This document shows, one piece after another, positions 13,101 to 31,874 of a stretch of 64,000 nt of DNA (position 1 is the first letter of the stretch; each line of letters opens with the position of its first letter). Made by a program: the position numbers and the translations under genes. The notes under the pieces are model-generated. The model was not told the DNA's origin, did not search any database, and was given only the letters and a program-made list of their open reading frames with translations. Source of the stretch: Tubulanus polymorphus (Eukaryota; Animalia; Nemertea). The stretch is from assembly GCF_964204645.1 (NCBI RefSeq), contig NC_134027.1, positions 4,310,485 through 4,374,484 of the forward strand, written 5' to 3'.

Positions 13101-16100
13101 CATTTTATGGATACGTGTTATAGTGTCTGTGTTAATGTCTCTTTATTCTGTATTGTTATAATATTGATCCTCTTTTTTCATTTATAATCACGTACGTTCG
13201 ATTTATGATGAATAAAATGAATTTGAATTTATTCGACAGGACGAGCTCAAGGTGTCAAATTGCATCATCCGTGCTGAAAGGTGTCTCTTTCATTTTGTTA
13301 CTGGATTTTCAATTTTGTTTATTTTAAAATGTGCGCAAAAAATATGCGTATATACCACAGGAAATATAGATAACAAACATGACACATTGTCCGATATTAG
13401 TTCAGTTCCAAGACAATAATATTCCATCCATCCTTCATTAATTATTCCAAATTATGTTAAATATCGGAGCAATGCTAAAACTTCGTACACAACTATCACC
13501 TCGAATCTGACATTTATTTACGTACGTCGTTCTTCAAACTGTTTTTGATAGCATTTTAATGTTTATTACCATCGATCTGCGTGTCGGATCTATAATAACC
13601 TGTTATCTTTCTTCATAAAAACTGTTATGTGCGGATCGAGTTCTAAGAGACAGCAACCGGTATAAAATGATGCCCCAGGAGACACGAAAATATATCTTAA
13701 TCGACAGTTACTCGAAAATGAAGCGACCAACGTGATTTATCATGGCATAACCGGCTGAGTTTAATAAAGTTCATCTTGTCAAATAAAATGAACCTTTCTC
13801 TTGGGAACTGGATTCTATTTGCTCCTAGAACGCGTCGCATTGGTACAGCCATGAGACCATCGCTTCCATAGACATCCTCGGTAATAACTAGAAAGCAATT
13901 ATACTTGGCAAAACGAAGACAAAAGAGAAGGAAATTTTCAGGTGGGAAGGATTGATAGCTTGCCTGGAGGACTTACGAGATGAAAGCAGGTATTATTGCT
14001 AGTGCTTTCGAACTTGTTTGCAGAAATATTGGTTGTCATATTGATTCTGGAGTTCAAGATAATGACGATATTCGTCCACTTCATCGATTATCATAGTTCT
14101 TTTTAGAGGATGGCTCGTGGCAGGAGACTTTTCGTCGGGCAGTAGCAAGTTGTAGATTTATAGATTATTATTGTTATTGGACTCTTCATTAAAATGTGTA
14201 CTGAACTCGACTAAACATGTTTGAAATACTCACTATGTAATGGATCTTGTTTAGATAGATATAGAGCATGCCCGTATTATGCTTTGAAGAACATCCAGGA
14301 ATTTATTGAGCGAAAATCTAATAGTTATCTGAAGTTTTCTGACATTAAATTGCTTGCTACTCCACCCAATATAAATAGAAATATCAGTTGATATGTTCTT
14401 CCAATTTGGTTTTAACAAAGATATCGTCTATGGATCTATAATTTGAGTAATATATATCACCGTATTTCAGCTTATTCAATAAAAAAGATTTATTGCATCA
14501 TTGAAAGCTTCGTAAATCATAAATAGTGACTATCAATTCCAAAATAACCACGAGCGAATTGTTTACCAATTGATTATATGACCATCTATGGAGCTAAACT
14601 TAAGACCTGAATACTTAACCTTTATGTATTATTTAAATCAGATAACGTTCAGAGACTGTGATGTGTATGTATTCTGAATGTAAGATAAGTTACTTAGTGA
14701 ATCTTATCTGTTGAATCGCTGCGCATTCGTTTTATTGCTCCACGTATTCCTCTTAAATCACGAAAACGTCGTTCATTTCGACATTTGATCGCACACTTTT
14801 AACGCAATGTTTTGTATCAAACGTCGCGCGATGAAGGTGCAAGAAATTCGACCAATCATCACAAATTGGGAAAATTTGTTTGAATAACCAGAGGCAACAA
14901 ACATGTTGTTAATGTAATTGTGGTAATTTAAAACGCAAACCGTTGAATGCAATGGGTTTACTTTCCATGGATTTCCTTAAATTTCACGCTTCTTATTCGC
15001 GCACTACTCTAGCGGCGAGATAATTAACACACACGTGGACAATGCATTATACAAGATTGGCGCAATTACTTTGACTTTTCAGGTTTCAGCACTTTTCTCC
15101 GAAAGTATTTTTTCCTCAATAATCTTTATTATATTAAAATAATCACGAATCGAAGAACTTACGATGGTTAGCGCTATTTTTGTGCGTACTGTCACAGCAC
15201 GCGCGATTCTCTGAATTCATTCAGCCGACGGAGTTATGGTTCCAAGACGAGGTGCTGCGTCTAATTATAAGAAAAAAGAATGAATGAAAGAAACCGAAAT
15301 GACGTCGTATTAGCAACTCATTCCATGATTGCAGCCAATTTAGACCTACGTTTAGTGTTTGAGGTCTGGAAATTGAACGGCAAGCCGAAATATGAGCTGC
15401 AGCGTTGATATTCACCCGAATCTTCCCGGTGAACAAGTCATATTGTAAAGAGTTTTATCTATTCGTCGAGAAAAGATCCTGTAATCTCTCACGAGCTGGT
15501 GACCATATACGTCCTGTAGATGAAAAATGAAAGCGGCTAAAGCTTCTAGACATCGGATGATCCGTTACAGCCGTTAGAAATAAGGTCCAACATTCTCGGA
15601 TGTGTGCAGTCACCGGAAAATTAAATGTCACTGGGGTCGACCGTATTGATCCTAGTCGAATCCTAGCCTCTCTTTACTGACCCCCCGGGCTTAATCTCGT
15701 GATTCCATTTTTTTTTAGCGAGGACTGACTGATATCTGCATATTCATCTTTGCGGCGACTGGCGTAAATGATACTATGTAGGATCGTACCTTTTGTATTG
15801 GCCGAGTGATTTGTATTACCCCGAATGGTGATAATCCTCTAGTCCGTCCAACAGCTACCCTCATGCCCAGGGGTCCTGGTCTGTAAATGCTAAATCAAAA
15901 TCAAATCGTTCCAGTAAATACATTTATTTGTTGCAATTCCGTTATCGGGTATGTCATACAGTCGTTATAGCGAATCGTAAAATACCGTGCAAATGATAAC
16001 AGGGCATTGTAAGATATTCGGCCACAGTGAAAATGTATTTCATATTTTGCTTTTTTCATAAGGTTCATAAAGTAGCTAATCGACAGATTTGATTGAATTC

Positions 16101-17119
16101 GGTTGTGTCAGCGACGAAAGGGTTAAAACACAAATCCCGCATTGAAGGTTGGTTGGATCTCCGGATCTCAGCGTCATAGAATCTGTTATATATGTTTGAA
16201 CAAATCTGAGATTTTCAATATTTTACCATAAAGTGACGTATAATTTTCGAGGTAAGCTAAACAGATAACATAGTGCATCTTAAACGTTCTTATGTAGGCC
16301 TGCCACAGCGTTTTATATAGCTTGAAATTGTGATAGTGGCAGGAATATCCAATGCGCAATATGGTGCGCTGTCGAGCCATCGTTATAGGGTATGTATTGA
16401 TCGTATGATGGTATAACCCATGAGATGCTGGTAGATATGGTACTGTGTCTGTATGACAGAGACGACATTTTGCTGCGAATATGAAATGATTGCCTATCAA
16501 AGTATATAATTCCCGACACTGAAAATGCGTATTTTCAAGAATTTTCATGGTGAATAATGCATCTATGGCATAGTGTAAAAAGCATATAGAACAAGTTTTG
16601 AAATAACATGAAATTCGCTATTCATTGAACGCCGTACATATGCAAGATGGTTAAAACTCAAACGGGTTCCTTAAAAACAGATATGATAATGAATTTGACC
16701 CAAACATAAATTCCCAGTAATTGTTTAGGACACTCGTTCGGGTTTTGTGCACTAATAAGATGTGCATCAAGATTAGAGTACAGACTGATATATAACGACG
16801 TTTTGACCCGGTAATATGCAGGTAGGATAGGCCTAACCTATCAGTTTGACCGTTGTCAATGTAGGACTAACTACTTTCCATGCAAACCGCGGTCGGTCAG
16901 TGTCTCTACTAGATTACATTAAGAGCTGACTTCTGAGGTCAATACCACAAATATCTTACCGGTATATCAATTTGAATTCTAGTTGTGATGTGGACAATAG
17001 GTAGGCATAACATTCTTGCTATCCCTGATTAAAAGATTTCAGCTTTGAGGTCTATAATCCAGTTTCTTGTAAATCATTTTCATCTAAGCCTGTTTTTTTT
17101 TTCATCAATAGATTCAGAA

Positions 17120-17737
17120 ATGCCCTCGGCAGCGGACTCTATGTCGGGAGAGGAGCGATTTTTACGTGTGGCGACAGTCATAGACCAAGTGGGTCCGAAG
17201 GCGATGCGAGCGCACCTACAAAACGTTTTCCCTAATCTCAGTGATGAACTCAGTCACCAGCGCCCACGACTCCTATCACTTCAACTGCAGGGAGCTATTA
17301 ACGAGGATCAGTGGCGCATTTTATATGGGCCTGATGATCGCAATGCAACCAAAACCTGCGCCGAAATGGATATATCATTGTTGGCAATTTTGATTAATAA
17401 TCTATCTCCAACAGCTGAAGAGGTACACCTCGACAGGGTGTCGGCAGAGGGAATTCGTAGAATCAGAAATTATCTCGGGCGTTTGCCTGTTGCATCCCTG
17501 CAAGCAGATGTGTACAATGATAATATGAAGTATTTGGAACAATACGTTGTATCATTGGCTGGGCCGGATATGAAAGCGATGCTCGATGAACTAGCTGAAG
17601 CTGATATCACCCCAACTGATCAGACCATGAAGCAACGGGCTAAAGCACTCAGGAAAGAATTTAACTTGCAAACGAGTCTGGACGTTCCAAGCAACTTCAG
17701 TCCAGTCACCGAAGGACATTTCTTCCTTCATAATTAG
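17120..17737 (+). CDS. Stand-alone DZIP3/hRUL138-type HEPN domain protein, about 205 aa
   Basis: Single coding exon after an acceptor at 17111; probable upstream donor at 17001. Motifs ERFLRVATVIDQVGPKAMR, GAINEDQWRILY, MDISLLAILINNL and IRRIRNYLGR match the HEPN_DZIP3 pattern (RL..l.d.g...lR; I...QW..L; DITLL..LLRN; RI...RN...H) as recalled. Confidence 0.75.
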   Translation: MPSAADSMSGEERFLRVATVIDQVGPKAMRAHLQNVFPNLSDELSHQRPRLLSLQLQGAINEDQWRILYGPDDRNATKTCAEMDISLLAILINNLSPTAEEVHLDRVSAEGIRRIRNYLGRLPVASLQADVYNDNMKYLEQYVVSLAGPDMKAMLDELAEADITPTDQTMKQRAKALRKEFNLQTSLDVPSNFSPVTEGHFFLHN

Positions 17738-18464
17738 ACCACCTTTAAAAATGATTTGAAATTATAGATTAAGCACGAGATGGTCTTAGATTAAGAAGTG
17801 GGACATTTTGTGGATCGAAATTAAATTCGACCGCGTTCGTTCTTCGAAGTGAATACTGTTCGTTAAGCCTAGTGTATGCTACATGTATAATCAACTGTGC
17901 TATGTTTAATAAAACTATAATCGCTTTATGATAATAATGGATGTAAAGCGCCTACAACAGCTGTGACATCTGAAGTATAGGCCTACGTCATTGCATTAAA
18001 TATTGCTTTGAAAAAAACTTACCCAGTAAAGACGTATTACATGCGAGTTGAATTACTACTGCTATTTTGTTTCGAAAACGCAGCATATAGAGATACTTTG
18101 CCTTCTTGTAACATAGAATTTTAAGAAGAGTTTATAGGAAAATAGATAATATATAGATGTTGAAATTCAATGGGAAGAAAGGTCGTTTTCTTTTTTATTT
18201 TTCAAATCGGCTTTTCTAACAGCCGTTTTTTTCGGTTAAGCAGGAAGTACGTAGGCAGCCCTCTATGTACGTCCGGAAATTGTTCATCTATCAATCAATT
18301 TCACGCAAACAAATACACAAATATACTCTGTCTATTTACATATGGATGATTCATATATTTCAAAACATAACATAATTGATAAACTATCTTCAAATTCGAA
18401 TAAATACGATATACAACTAGAACAAATAGCTTCTGGGAATCACGTAGACCAGAATTTTCCAGAC

Positions 18465-20571
<2,107 letters not shown>

Positions 20572-22105
20572 AATCAATCTTGCTGTTAATAAATCTTCGA
20601 CGATAAAACTTCCGAGTCCCGACTATCGTCTTTTTTAGATCTATCGGATATTTCGCCCTCACTGGACGAGAAAATCCACAATAACAAAAACAACTCGGGT
20701 AGCAACAATTCAAAGCAAATTATATTTGTTTATTTACTATTATCATCAAGAAGTATTAAAGCATATGAAAATCAATATTCCGGCTCAAAAATGTCAAATT
20801 TTCACAAAATACGAACGAAGCTGTTTTTTTGTCTTATTTCTCCATAAAGAGAAGCATGGCTGAAACATTCCCAGAGAACACTTCCTCTGCAGTCATTTAT
20901 AATATAACACCAAAATAGAGAATTTACAATTCTTTCCAAATGTTCACAGAATATAAAATATGCATTTCAATGCAGTCGCTTGTTTTGATTTTCGCTTTTA
21001 TCATTGGAAAAATCTTTTGAAGCTTTTTAAAATAATTTGACCGTAGTATGTTTCTTGAATAGCAACAATATTTCATTAGTAAAGACAATCAACTATAAGT
21101 GACTACTTCAATAACATCAATACTCAACAGCCCCAGATTAATAGTAGATATTAGATTTAAATGTTATACATAATGTACACATATTTGTTCAAAATATTTG
21201 TTGACTCCACCACTAACCCTATTGACCACTGTGTACTAATACAATTAACAAATATAAAAATACATCATCATAAAAACCTCCTCATTATGCCCATAATTTA
21301 TTTTCATTCGACGTATTTTGAATATTGTATCTCTCGATACGCAGGAGATGAACAGTGTAAATATATATCTATTTATACATCTGATGTAATCAAATTCGTA
21401 GCTGAGACATTTATTTGTTTCCTCCACGGAAAATCTCTCCAAGTAACGCCTTCAGATGGATGTTGAATTCACATCTGTTTTTCAGTGCACACATATTTAC
21501 GCATTATACTAGAAACAGCTCTTTGTAAATCGTCTAAATTCTCAAGTACAGAAGTAACTTTTTAAGCAGTCTAGTCTATGACGCGACTGAACAATTTTTT
21601 TCAAAAAAGCAAAACACCCAGAGAACTACACTAGTACAATAGCGCTGCACTACTTTTAAACGGTTCTTTGAATGGCAAATTAGGTTTGGCGACGAACAGA
21701 GGTAAAATAGCGTATCATACATTCTGTGTTAATTGTAATTGAGCCCTTTTTCCAGACTTGAAAATAACCAGAACTTGCAATTAATGGGGAAATTAATATC
21801 AATGTCAGAGGTAGATAGCAAATGCAAAATATCCAACATTTAACTGTCCCATATATAACTAAATAAGCGTTTAATATAACGATCAATGGTCTCGGATACC
21901 TTAAAATAACAGCAGATTCCGAACATAAACCGTGCTTTAGAGAATGGAAATAATTTCTGGTTTTTGAAAACAACAATTGCAAGAATGAAAAGCAGATTAA
22001 TACAGTTACATGTCATTGACATATGACAATAGATTTTTTTCTATCATGGTTAGAAGACTAGAAGGAGCAAAGTTCGTGTTCATCATCATACACAGTCAAA
22101 TTCAT

Positions 22106-22240
22106 TTCATTCGGATCAGTTTAATCCGCATTTCAATCTAATCTGGATATCATCTATACATGTATGTAGCCTAAGATGTTTTATTCGGATTTCTCATAAA
22201 CCGGATGAAATTTCATCGGACCGAAATGATCCGAATAAAG
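22106..22240. repeat. Short foldback/MITE-like element in the probable MARVEL-gene 3' UTR
   Basis: TTCATTCGGATCA at the left end pairs with TGATCCGAATAAA at the right end; internal ATCCG/CGGAT motifs recur. Confidence 0.5.
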
Positions 22241-23519
22241 CGAATGTTTAAATTATTAGAATTAAAATGATACGATGCACCAAATACATCATGGATGTAC
22301 CAAATTAAATTTGAATTGAATCATAGTTGCTGCTACTGCTTTTTGATATAATAAAATGATTGAAAATATATATAAATAATTGACCCAAATACAAAAACTT
22401 AATACATCCGAGTATAGCTCTACTCTACTAATAATATAAAATAGCAATATATAATACATTTATGATAAATCTTGATACAAAACATCCAACTTAGAAAACA
22501 TGTGGTAGGCGATGAGATTTCATACGCTAACTATCTATTCCACAAACCTCCTTGAAACTCACTGAAGTGGCCTCTCAATCAAAGGATGCACCATTAAAAA
22601 CTAGAATCTTAATAACTGTTAGTCTTTTCCTATTAAAGAATTAGCTGAAAAATTAACTTTTTAATTCTGTTCCAGATGAGTGGTCATCAAAGGATTCATT
22701 CTCCAAATGAAAAGCTTACTGCTGTAACACAATGAAACACAAACAAAAACAGTGTTTATAAACTTTAGTAGCTTTAATTTATACTCATACAGCTGAACAC
22801 AGATCGCGTACCAGCCGGCAATTCATTGCAATACTAATCCTACCAGTTTCAAGACAATCCTGCACTACAATTACCGGCATGGATAACTTTCAAAACCTAT
22901 TCTACGCATGAGATGCTGCCAAAACATGACGAGGAATTCTTATTCTGAAGTCAACAGTATAATTCAATTCTAATACTTATACAACACCTCTGAAAGTTTG
23001 ATATATCCCAATTTCGATATTTGCATAACCTATTGATTTTTGACACATGGCAAATATTAACCCACACTTACTTCTATGAATGCAGATGTTGTTTTTCTGA
23101 TTAATGTCAGTGAAGTTATTTTAATACATTCATACTAGGATCCAGATATTCGATTATATAATAGTTATCAACCAATTGCTGCATCAATGATAAAATAAAG
23201 ATCAAAGTATTGACACACGATGGTCATCTGCAGTAGATAAACAGGGATCACCTTCTATTTAGTGAGGCATGTAGTACAAATGATAAGAAAGTGAATGATA
23301 TTCGAACAGTCTTAATGGGCCAACATGCGTAAATCTTGAAACTTTATCAAATCTTATCCATTCGGGTTTAAAAAGAAATACTTATATGCATTAGGTTAAG
23401 ATTCTATTCCATTCATATTTAGAAGAACATTTTGCCCAAATGCATAGACAAGAAAAAATACCATCAACATTTCTGTTCTATATCTGCGAAATATGGACAA
23501 ATTTCAGAAGATAGAATTT

Positions 23520-24755
23520 CTAATATTGTGTAGAATCAACAGTTGTGACAGTAGTGGAAGTTGTAGTGGATGCAATAACTGTCGGACCGTTTCTCCACTC
23601 TCTAAACATGAAAAACGTGTCAACAGCGTAAACAGCTGTAGCAGCGAAACTGAAGAACTGCAATAGAAATATTTACACAATATTATCATTTACATTTTAC
23701 AAAACAAATCATTAAGAAATTGTAATCAACTTCTGCAAAAACTTTAGCATTGAGGCTGTGCATTTGAATACAAGAGCATCACAGGAGATGTCTCCCTTTT
23801 CTTCTCTTCTTTATGGCTCATAATTACAATAAAACACAGATGAGTAAGAAATATTTGTAAATCAAAATGTGAAAATAAATGTAGAAATTAAACTTACACA
23901 TGCAGCTGCAATTGATGCATCAACCCATCCATAAACAGCCAATACTATGGACGTTATCAGGAAAAGAATAGTGTACACAAGGTAGAAAACGAAAACCTGA
24001 AATAAATAAAAAAGTTCAAAGCGTATAAATTCATATCCGGAATATGAAACATATTACATTACAGTGGATAATGATTAGAAATGAAGGTTGCATGTACTTA
24101 CAAATAGTGGCCATGGCCCGGGCATCTTATAGATCAGACCGAAAAGAAAACTCGCGAACAAAATTATAGTTAGAACTATCGCTGATCCATACAAAAAACC
24201 AAACCATCCTGACGCCCTCATGTAGACTATTGACACGCAGATGATAATGATTAAGTCTAAAACCTACAATACAACAAATTTTATTCATAATCATGCCATT
24301 TTATAATACATAGTACTGTCACTAATTCTAATAAGAATATCTCAGGAAATAGGCTATTCTTTTATAACCATACCGGTACTTGTATTGTATGATACCTGTA
24401 ATTTCTACCTGTAATACTTGTCTGCACTTTTACTCATTAAAATTTTCAAAAAAGTTCGATTGTAATGTATAGTATCTCTCATAAATGGACGACTCTCGTC
24501 GAACTCACATAAGTCAACATCAAACGAGTCATCACATCAGACTCTTACTTTGGAGTTCTAATGTATATTTCCAATCCTAATGGTAAATTGTCAACTTGGT
24601 GACTTCAACTTCTGAAAATACTAACTTACTATCTCAACAATCTTTAAAATTCCGGGAATTGTCTTTAAATATTCTTTATGAAAGCCAATATTTGTGCTGC
24701 TTTTAGTAGTAGTGGTGGTATTCGTCTCATACGAGGTTGGCATTGGATCAGCCAT
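23520..24755 (-). CDS. MARVEL-domain four-TM protein (plasmolipin/CMTM-like), 174 aa
   Basis: Exons 24755-24630, 24263-24102, 23996-23898, 23657-23520, all phase 0. Translation includes EYLKTIPGILKIVEIVL (MARVEL start signature), four hydrophobic segments and AACFFSFAATAVYAVDTFF. A probable non-coding first exon ends at the GTAAGT donor near 25698. Confidence 0.9.
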
Positions 24756-24835
24756 TGTTAAGTTTCACTGTGTTTTCTTTACCTGAGAAAAAAGAGAACT
24801 GTAGTTGACAAAATGACCTCTACTCAGGAATTACA

Positions 24836-25228
24836 GTCAAAACATCCTCATGCCACAACATCTCCCGGTTAAAACGTCCTTATCCTATGTATTCTCCACA
24901 CAAAGTTTATAAAATGAATCATAAATGGACTTTTATACTTTCACCTATTTATTTAGATCAATTCGATTCCTTCTTTATTGGTGAACAGTATGGGAGTAGG
25001 AAATAATTTTTTCTGGATTTGAATATCATTGTGTTTGAATATCATTGTGTTTGATGTTCATGAAACACATCTATGCTTTGATGGAATTAGAAAGGATTCT
25101 GTATAACCAATTGGCCTAAATCGTTTTGATACGACGAGGACATGTTGACCGACAGAAGTGAGGACGTTATGACTAATGATATTTTGATGGCGAGGATGTT
25201 TTGTGAGGACGTGTGAGGATGTTTTGAC
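24836..25228. mobile_element. MITE-like DNA transposon remnant in MARVEL intron 1
   Basis: Perfect 15-bp inverted repeat GTCAAAACATCCTCA (24836) / TGAGGATGTTTTGAC (25214-25228), with several degenerate internal copies of the same motif in both arms. Confidence 0.75.
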
Positions 25229-26243
25229 CAGACCCTCTCAAGAATAGCTAAATTAAGAGTCGTAGACGTTGAGTTAGTGAGGAAAAGGCCTATGTAATAA
25301 AATATGCATGGACTTGCTTGGTCTGGTGGTAAAAAGGTTCCTGTTGGTTGCCATCCTGCCCTTGCTTTTCTTCTGGACCCTGCGGACTAACATATTCCTG
25401 AGAGAAATAACCCTGCTGCTAACCCGACCAAAAACCCGGGAACGGAGAGACGGGTGGGGCGTACGACGGTTACGTTTGTTATTGAATCGAAGAACGAAGG
25501 CCAACCAACACTCAGCATGCTCAGAACAAGAAGGGGCGCGGCACCGTAGAAAATGTTTGATTCAATGACCGGGATGATCTAATTAACCACACCCGTTTCG
25601 GCCAAATTTTGATTAACAAATTCTTTTATTGTAGATAATCTCATCATTGTTGTTTAAAATATGAATGTGCAACGCCCTTTTTATTAAGTAAAACTTACGT
25701 TTTTAGAAACAAACTATGCAGAAAATTTCATGTAATTTATGCGACACCTATTGGCTCAAAACAAAAGTAAAACACGGATTCGGAAATGGACTATTAGTCT
25801 TCAACTTCTGTGGAACTGGAATTGGAAACACCAGTTTATATTCTCTTAGCCGAAACGTTGCGCAACTGTATATACTCTTCTATTCAAATCGCTTTGGCTG
25901 ATTTTATTGTTGGATTTCTCTCGTTCTCGTTACCAGTTAATAATCTAGCGCCAGTTCACGGAAGCATACCCTTCAACAAGTAGCGGTAGCGACAGATTTT
26001 TCCCGAGTACCGCCGAGCAGCATGAGCGGAGCGGTACTGGACTAACTGCATTGATTACGACTGCATTAAGTTCATGAAGACTAAAAATAAGCTTATAACA
26101 CATGAGCATTCTTTACAGCAAAATTTTATTTGCAATATACAAAAAAATGATTATACACGTTTTCACGAATGGCATTTGATACACATTCCAATAGATTTGA
26201 GTCTTAAATGCAAATTGCCATAAGTCTATAGAAAGTTCCACAG

Positions 26244-29423
<3,180 letters not shown>

Positions 29424-29643
29424 TTTCTATGTTTTTATTCGAAGATTTTGAAACAACTTTTTTTCCTGACGCGAATAGTCGACAACCTTGAAACAGATCG
29501 CGAGATTAAAAATGAGTGTTGTCGATACCTGAATTCACGTTCGATCGCGTAACAACGAAATCCGTGTGTTTACTTCCGCATTTTGTGAATTGATTGAATT
29601 GGATTATTTTACCATCCTCCGATCAGGCCTAAATCGGGCTCAA
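29424..29643. promoter_or_regulatory. Putative bidirectional promoter (POLR2C / RPRD1)
   Basis: Only 220 bp separate the divergent ATGs. The interval is locally CpG-rich, with a TCGCGAGA motif at 29498 and ACTTCCG near 29572. Confidence 0.75.
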
Positions 29644-31874
29644 ATGGCATCGTTTTCAGAAAGTAGCTTCATCAAGAAGCTGTCAGATTTCAACAGTTCC
29701 CAACAGAGTATACAGACGTTATCTCTGTGGCTGATTCACCACCGAAAACATGCGAAAACGATTGTGCAAGTGTGGGGTTCCGAACTACAAAAAGGTAAAC
29801 AAAAAAGGAAAATCAAATCATTCAATAATTGTTGATAGTTGCTTTTACATGATTATGCAGCAAAACTTGTTTCAATGATATCCCAAAAATATCCCAAATT
29901 GTCGATGTCAGACGAAAAATAAATAGACTTGAGTATTTTGGTTTGAAGAACGTTCATAAATGCTGCTATTACTAAAATCTTTTCATTTGAGTCATAGTTC
30001 TCATTCACTAAAGAATTAGACTTCATAATTTATGAGATGATCAAGATTTACTTTTTTCTCTCTTTCTAGCGAAACCTCAAAGGAAGCTTCTTTTCATTTA
30101 TCTCGCCAATGACGTTGTACAAAATAGCAAAAAGAAAGGACCTGAATTTCATGAAGCTTTTACTGCAGTACTACCAGAGGCTTACAAACACTGCGCGAGG
30201 TTAATACCCGATCATTAAAACTAAAGCTAAGAGTTAATCATCTCAAAACATGATTATTTTTTTGATTTTTTTTACAGAGAAGTGGACGAAAAAAGCCGAG
30301 GGTCCATGGATAGAATGTTAAATATCTGGACGGAAAGAAGTATATTCAGTGCTCAATTCACAAAATCTTTGAAAAAGATTCTAGGTAACACTTGTTTTAG
30401 ACAGTCTACATGTGAACTTACCACCAAATTTCATTTTTTGGCCTCATAGAACTGGATGGAGTTAAATGTATATCTATGCCTGATATTTGGTTACTCTACC
30501 TTTGTGAAAAGAAATATAGTCTCCTCTGGGGTTTCTGTTTTTAGCTGATCATAACAAAGTCTCGACTACCAAAGAAAAAGAGCCTAGCCCTCCAGTAGTG
30601 GAAAAACCGGTGACTAAAGAGAAAAAGAAAAAAGATAGAAAACGCAGTAAAGAAGTTAAAGATTCAAGTTCCAACTCCAAAAAGAAAAAAGTGGAACCAT
30701 CTGAAATTTCTCTTTATGATGAGATTGAAAATGAGCTGACTGCTCAGGAATTCAAAGAACCTCCAACTGTATGTATTTTTACCAAACTCTTACCATTTTT
30801 AAAACGAATCATTTGGGGACTGATGAAATTCATTTGGGTTTATGAGAAATAAACCATGTTTTGTATACATTTATGTACGTTATACATGTACCAGAAATTC
30901 AATTAGGATTGAACTGATGCAAATGATGCGAGATTGGTCGTATATTAAACATTTCTTTCATCTCTTCTCATACTTTTAAATTGATGGTCTGATGTTATTA
31001 GTAATCACTATGATTTTTTTCTTGAAGATTTTTTGATTATTCATGTTTTTGTAGATGGATGAGATTAAAACAATTGTGACTGAACTTGAAAGTGCTCCTT
31101 CATTTGATGCTGCTGTCCGTGAGAAAATTGCTGATTTGCCGCAGGATGTTTCAGATGTGCATGCTTTATCTAAATTGAAAGGTAAGAAATAAAAGCACTT
31201 GCTAATAACTCACGTGAATTCACTTAGAATGAAAAATGATTTAACATTTTCAGACAAGCGCGAGGCAGATCAGTTGATGAATAAAGTGGATGATGCCATT
31301 TTGTTGTTGAATCAGTATAATAAACGTCTAAATAAAGAACTTGAAGATCGTCGACAAGCAGCAGTAAAACTACGAGCATTTATAAACTACCAGAAATCTC
31401 TGCTAATGAGTGATAAAGCTAAAATTGAGGTCAGTTTGATACGATCTAAAATGCTTGTAACTTGAAGCCATCACCAAACAAGCGTATTTGACATCGGCTA
31501 AATTTGGCCCATGCCAGAATATGCAACTATTCATATTGGTACCAAATGGGTTTGTGCTAGTTTTGAATGAGCAACATTTTTTGGCATGACCAAAAACATC
31601 GGACCAGATCCGAATTTGACTCCTCGGATCTGGTCTGAGGCAGTTGACCTGGCCATATCGTTTTCATGTGTTCACGGATATTATGAAGCAACAGTTCTTA
31701 ATTCTGAGTGATGTGTTCTTTCAGGAATATAGAGAAAAGTTTTCTAAAGTGACCAACGTCAGGAAGGAACTACAGTCTCATATTCAGAGCTTGCCAGATT
31801 TATCTCTTCTGCCGAACATCACAAAGGGTTTGGCCCCATTGCCATCTGCAGGAGACTTATTTGCTAATCAGTGA
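29644..31874 (+). CDS. RPRD1B: RPRD1A/B-family protein (CTD-interacting domain + coiled coil), 354 aa
   Basis: Exons 29644-29794, 30070-30199, 30278-30384, 30545-30768, 31055-31181, 31254-31429, 31725-31874 (1065 nt). Translation: MASFSES...SQQSIQTLSLWLIHHRKHA, YLANDVVQNSKKKGPEF, DAAVREKIADLP, ELQSHIQSLPDLSLLPN...LAPLPSAGDLF. The A/B paralog cannot be resolved; probably a co-ortholog. Confidence 0.95.

Noticed and set aside
15770-15906. Segment ending AAATCAAAATCAAATC, like a SINE/LINE 3' tail
   Set aside because: No second copy, TSD or Pol III boxes identified in the window.
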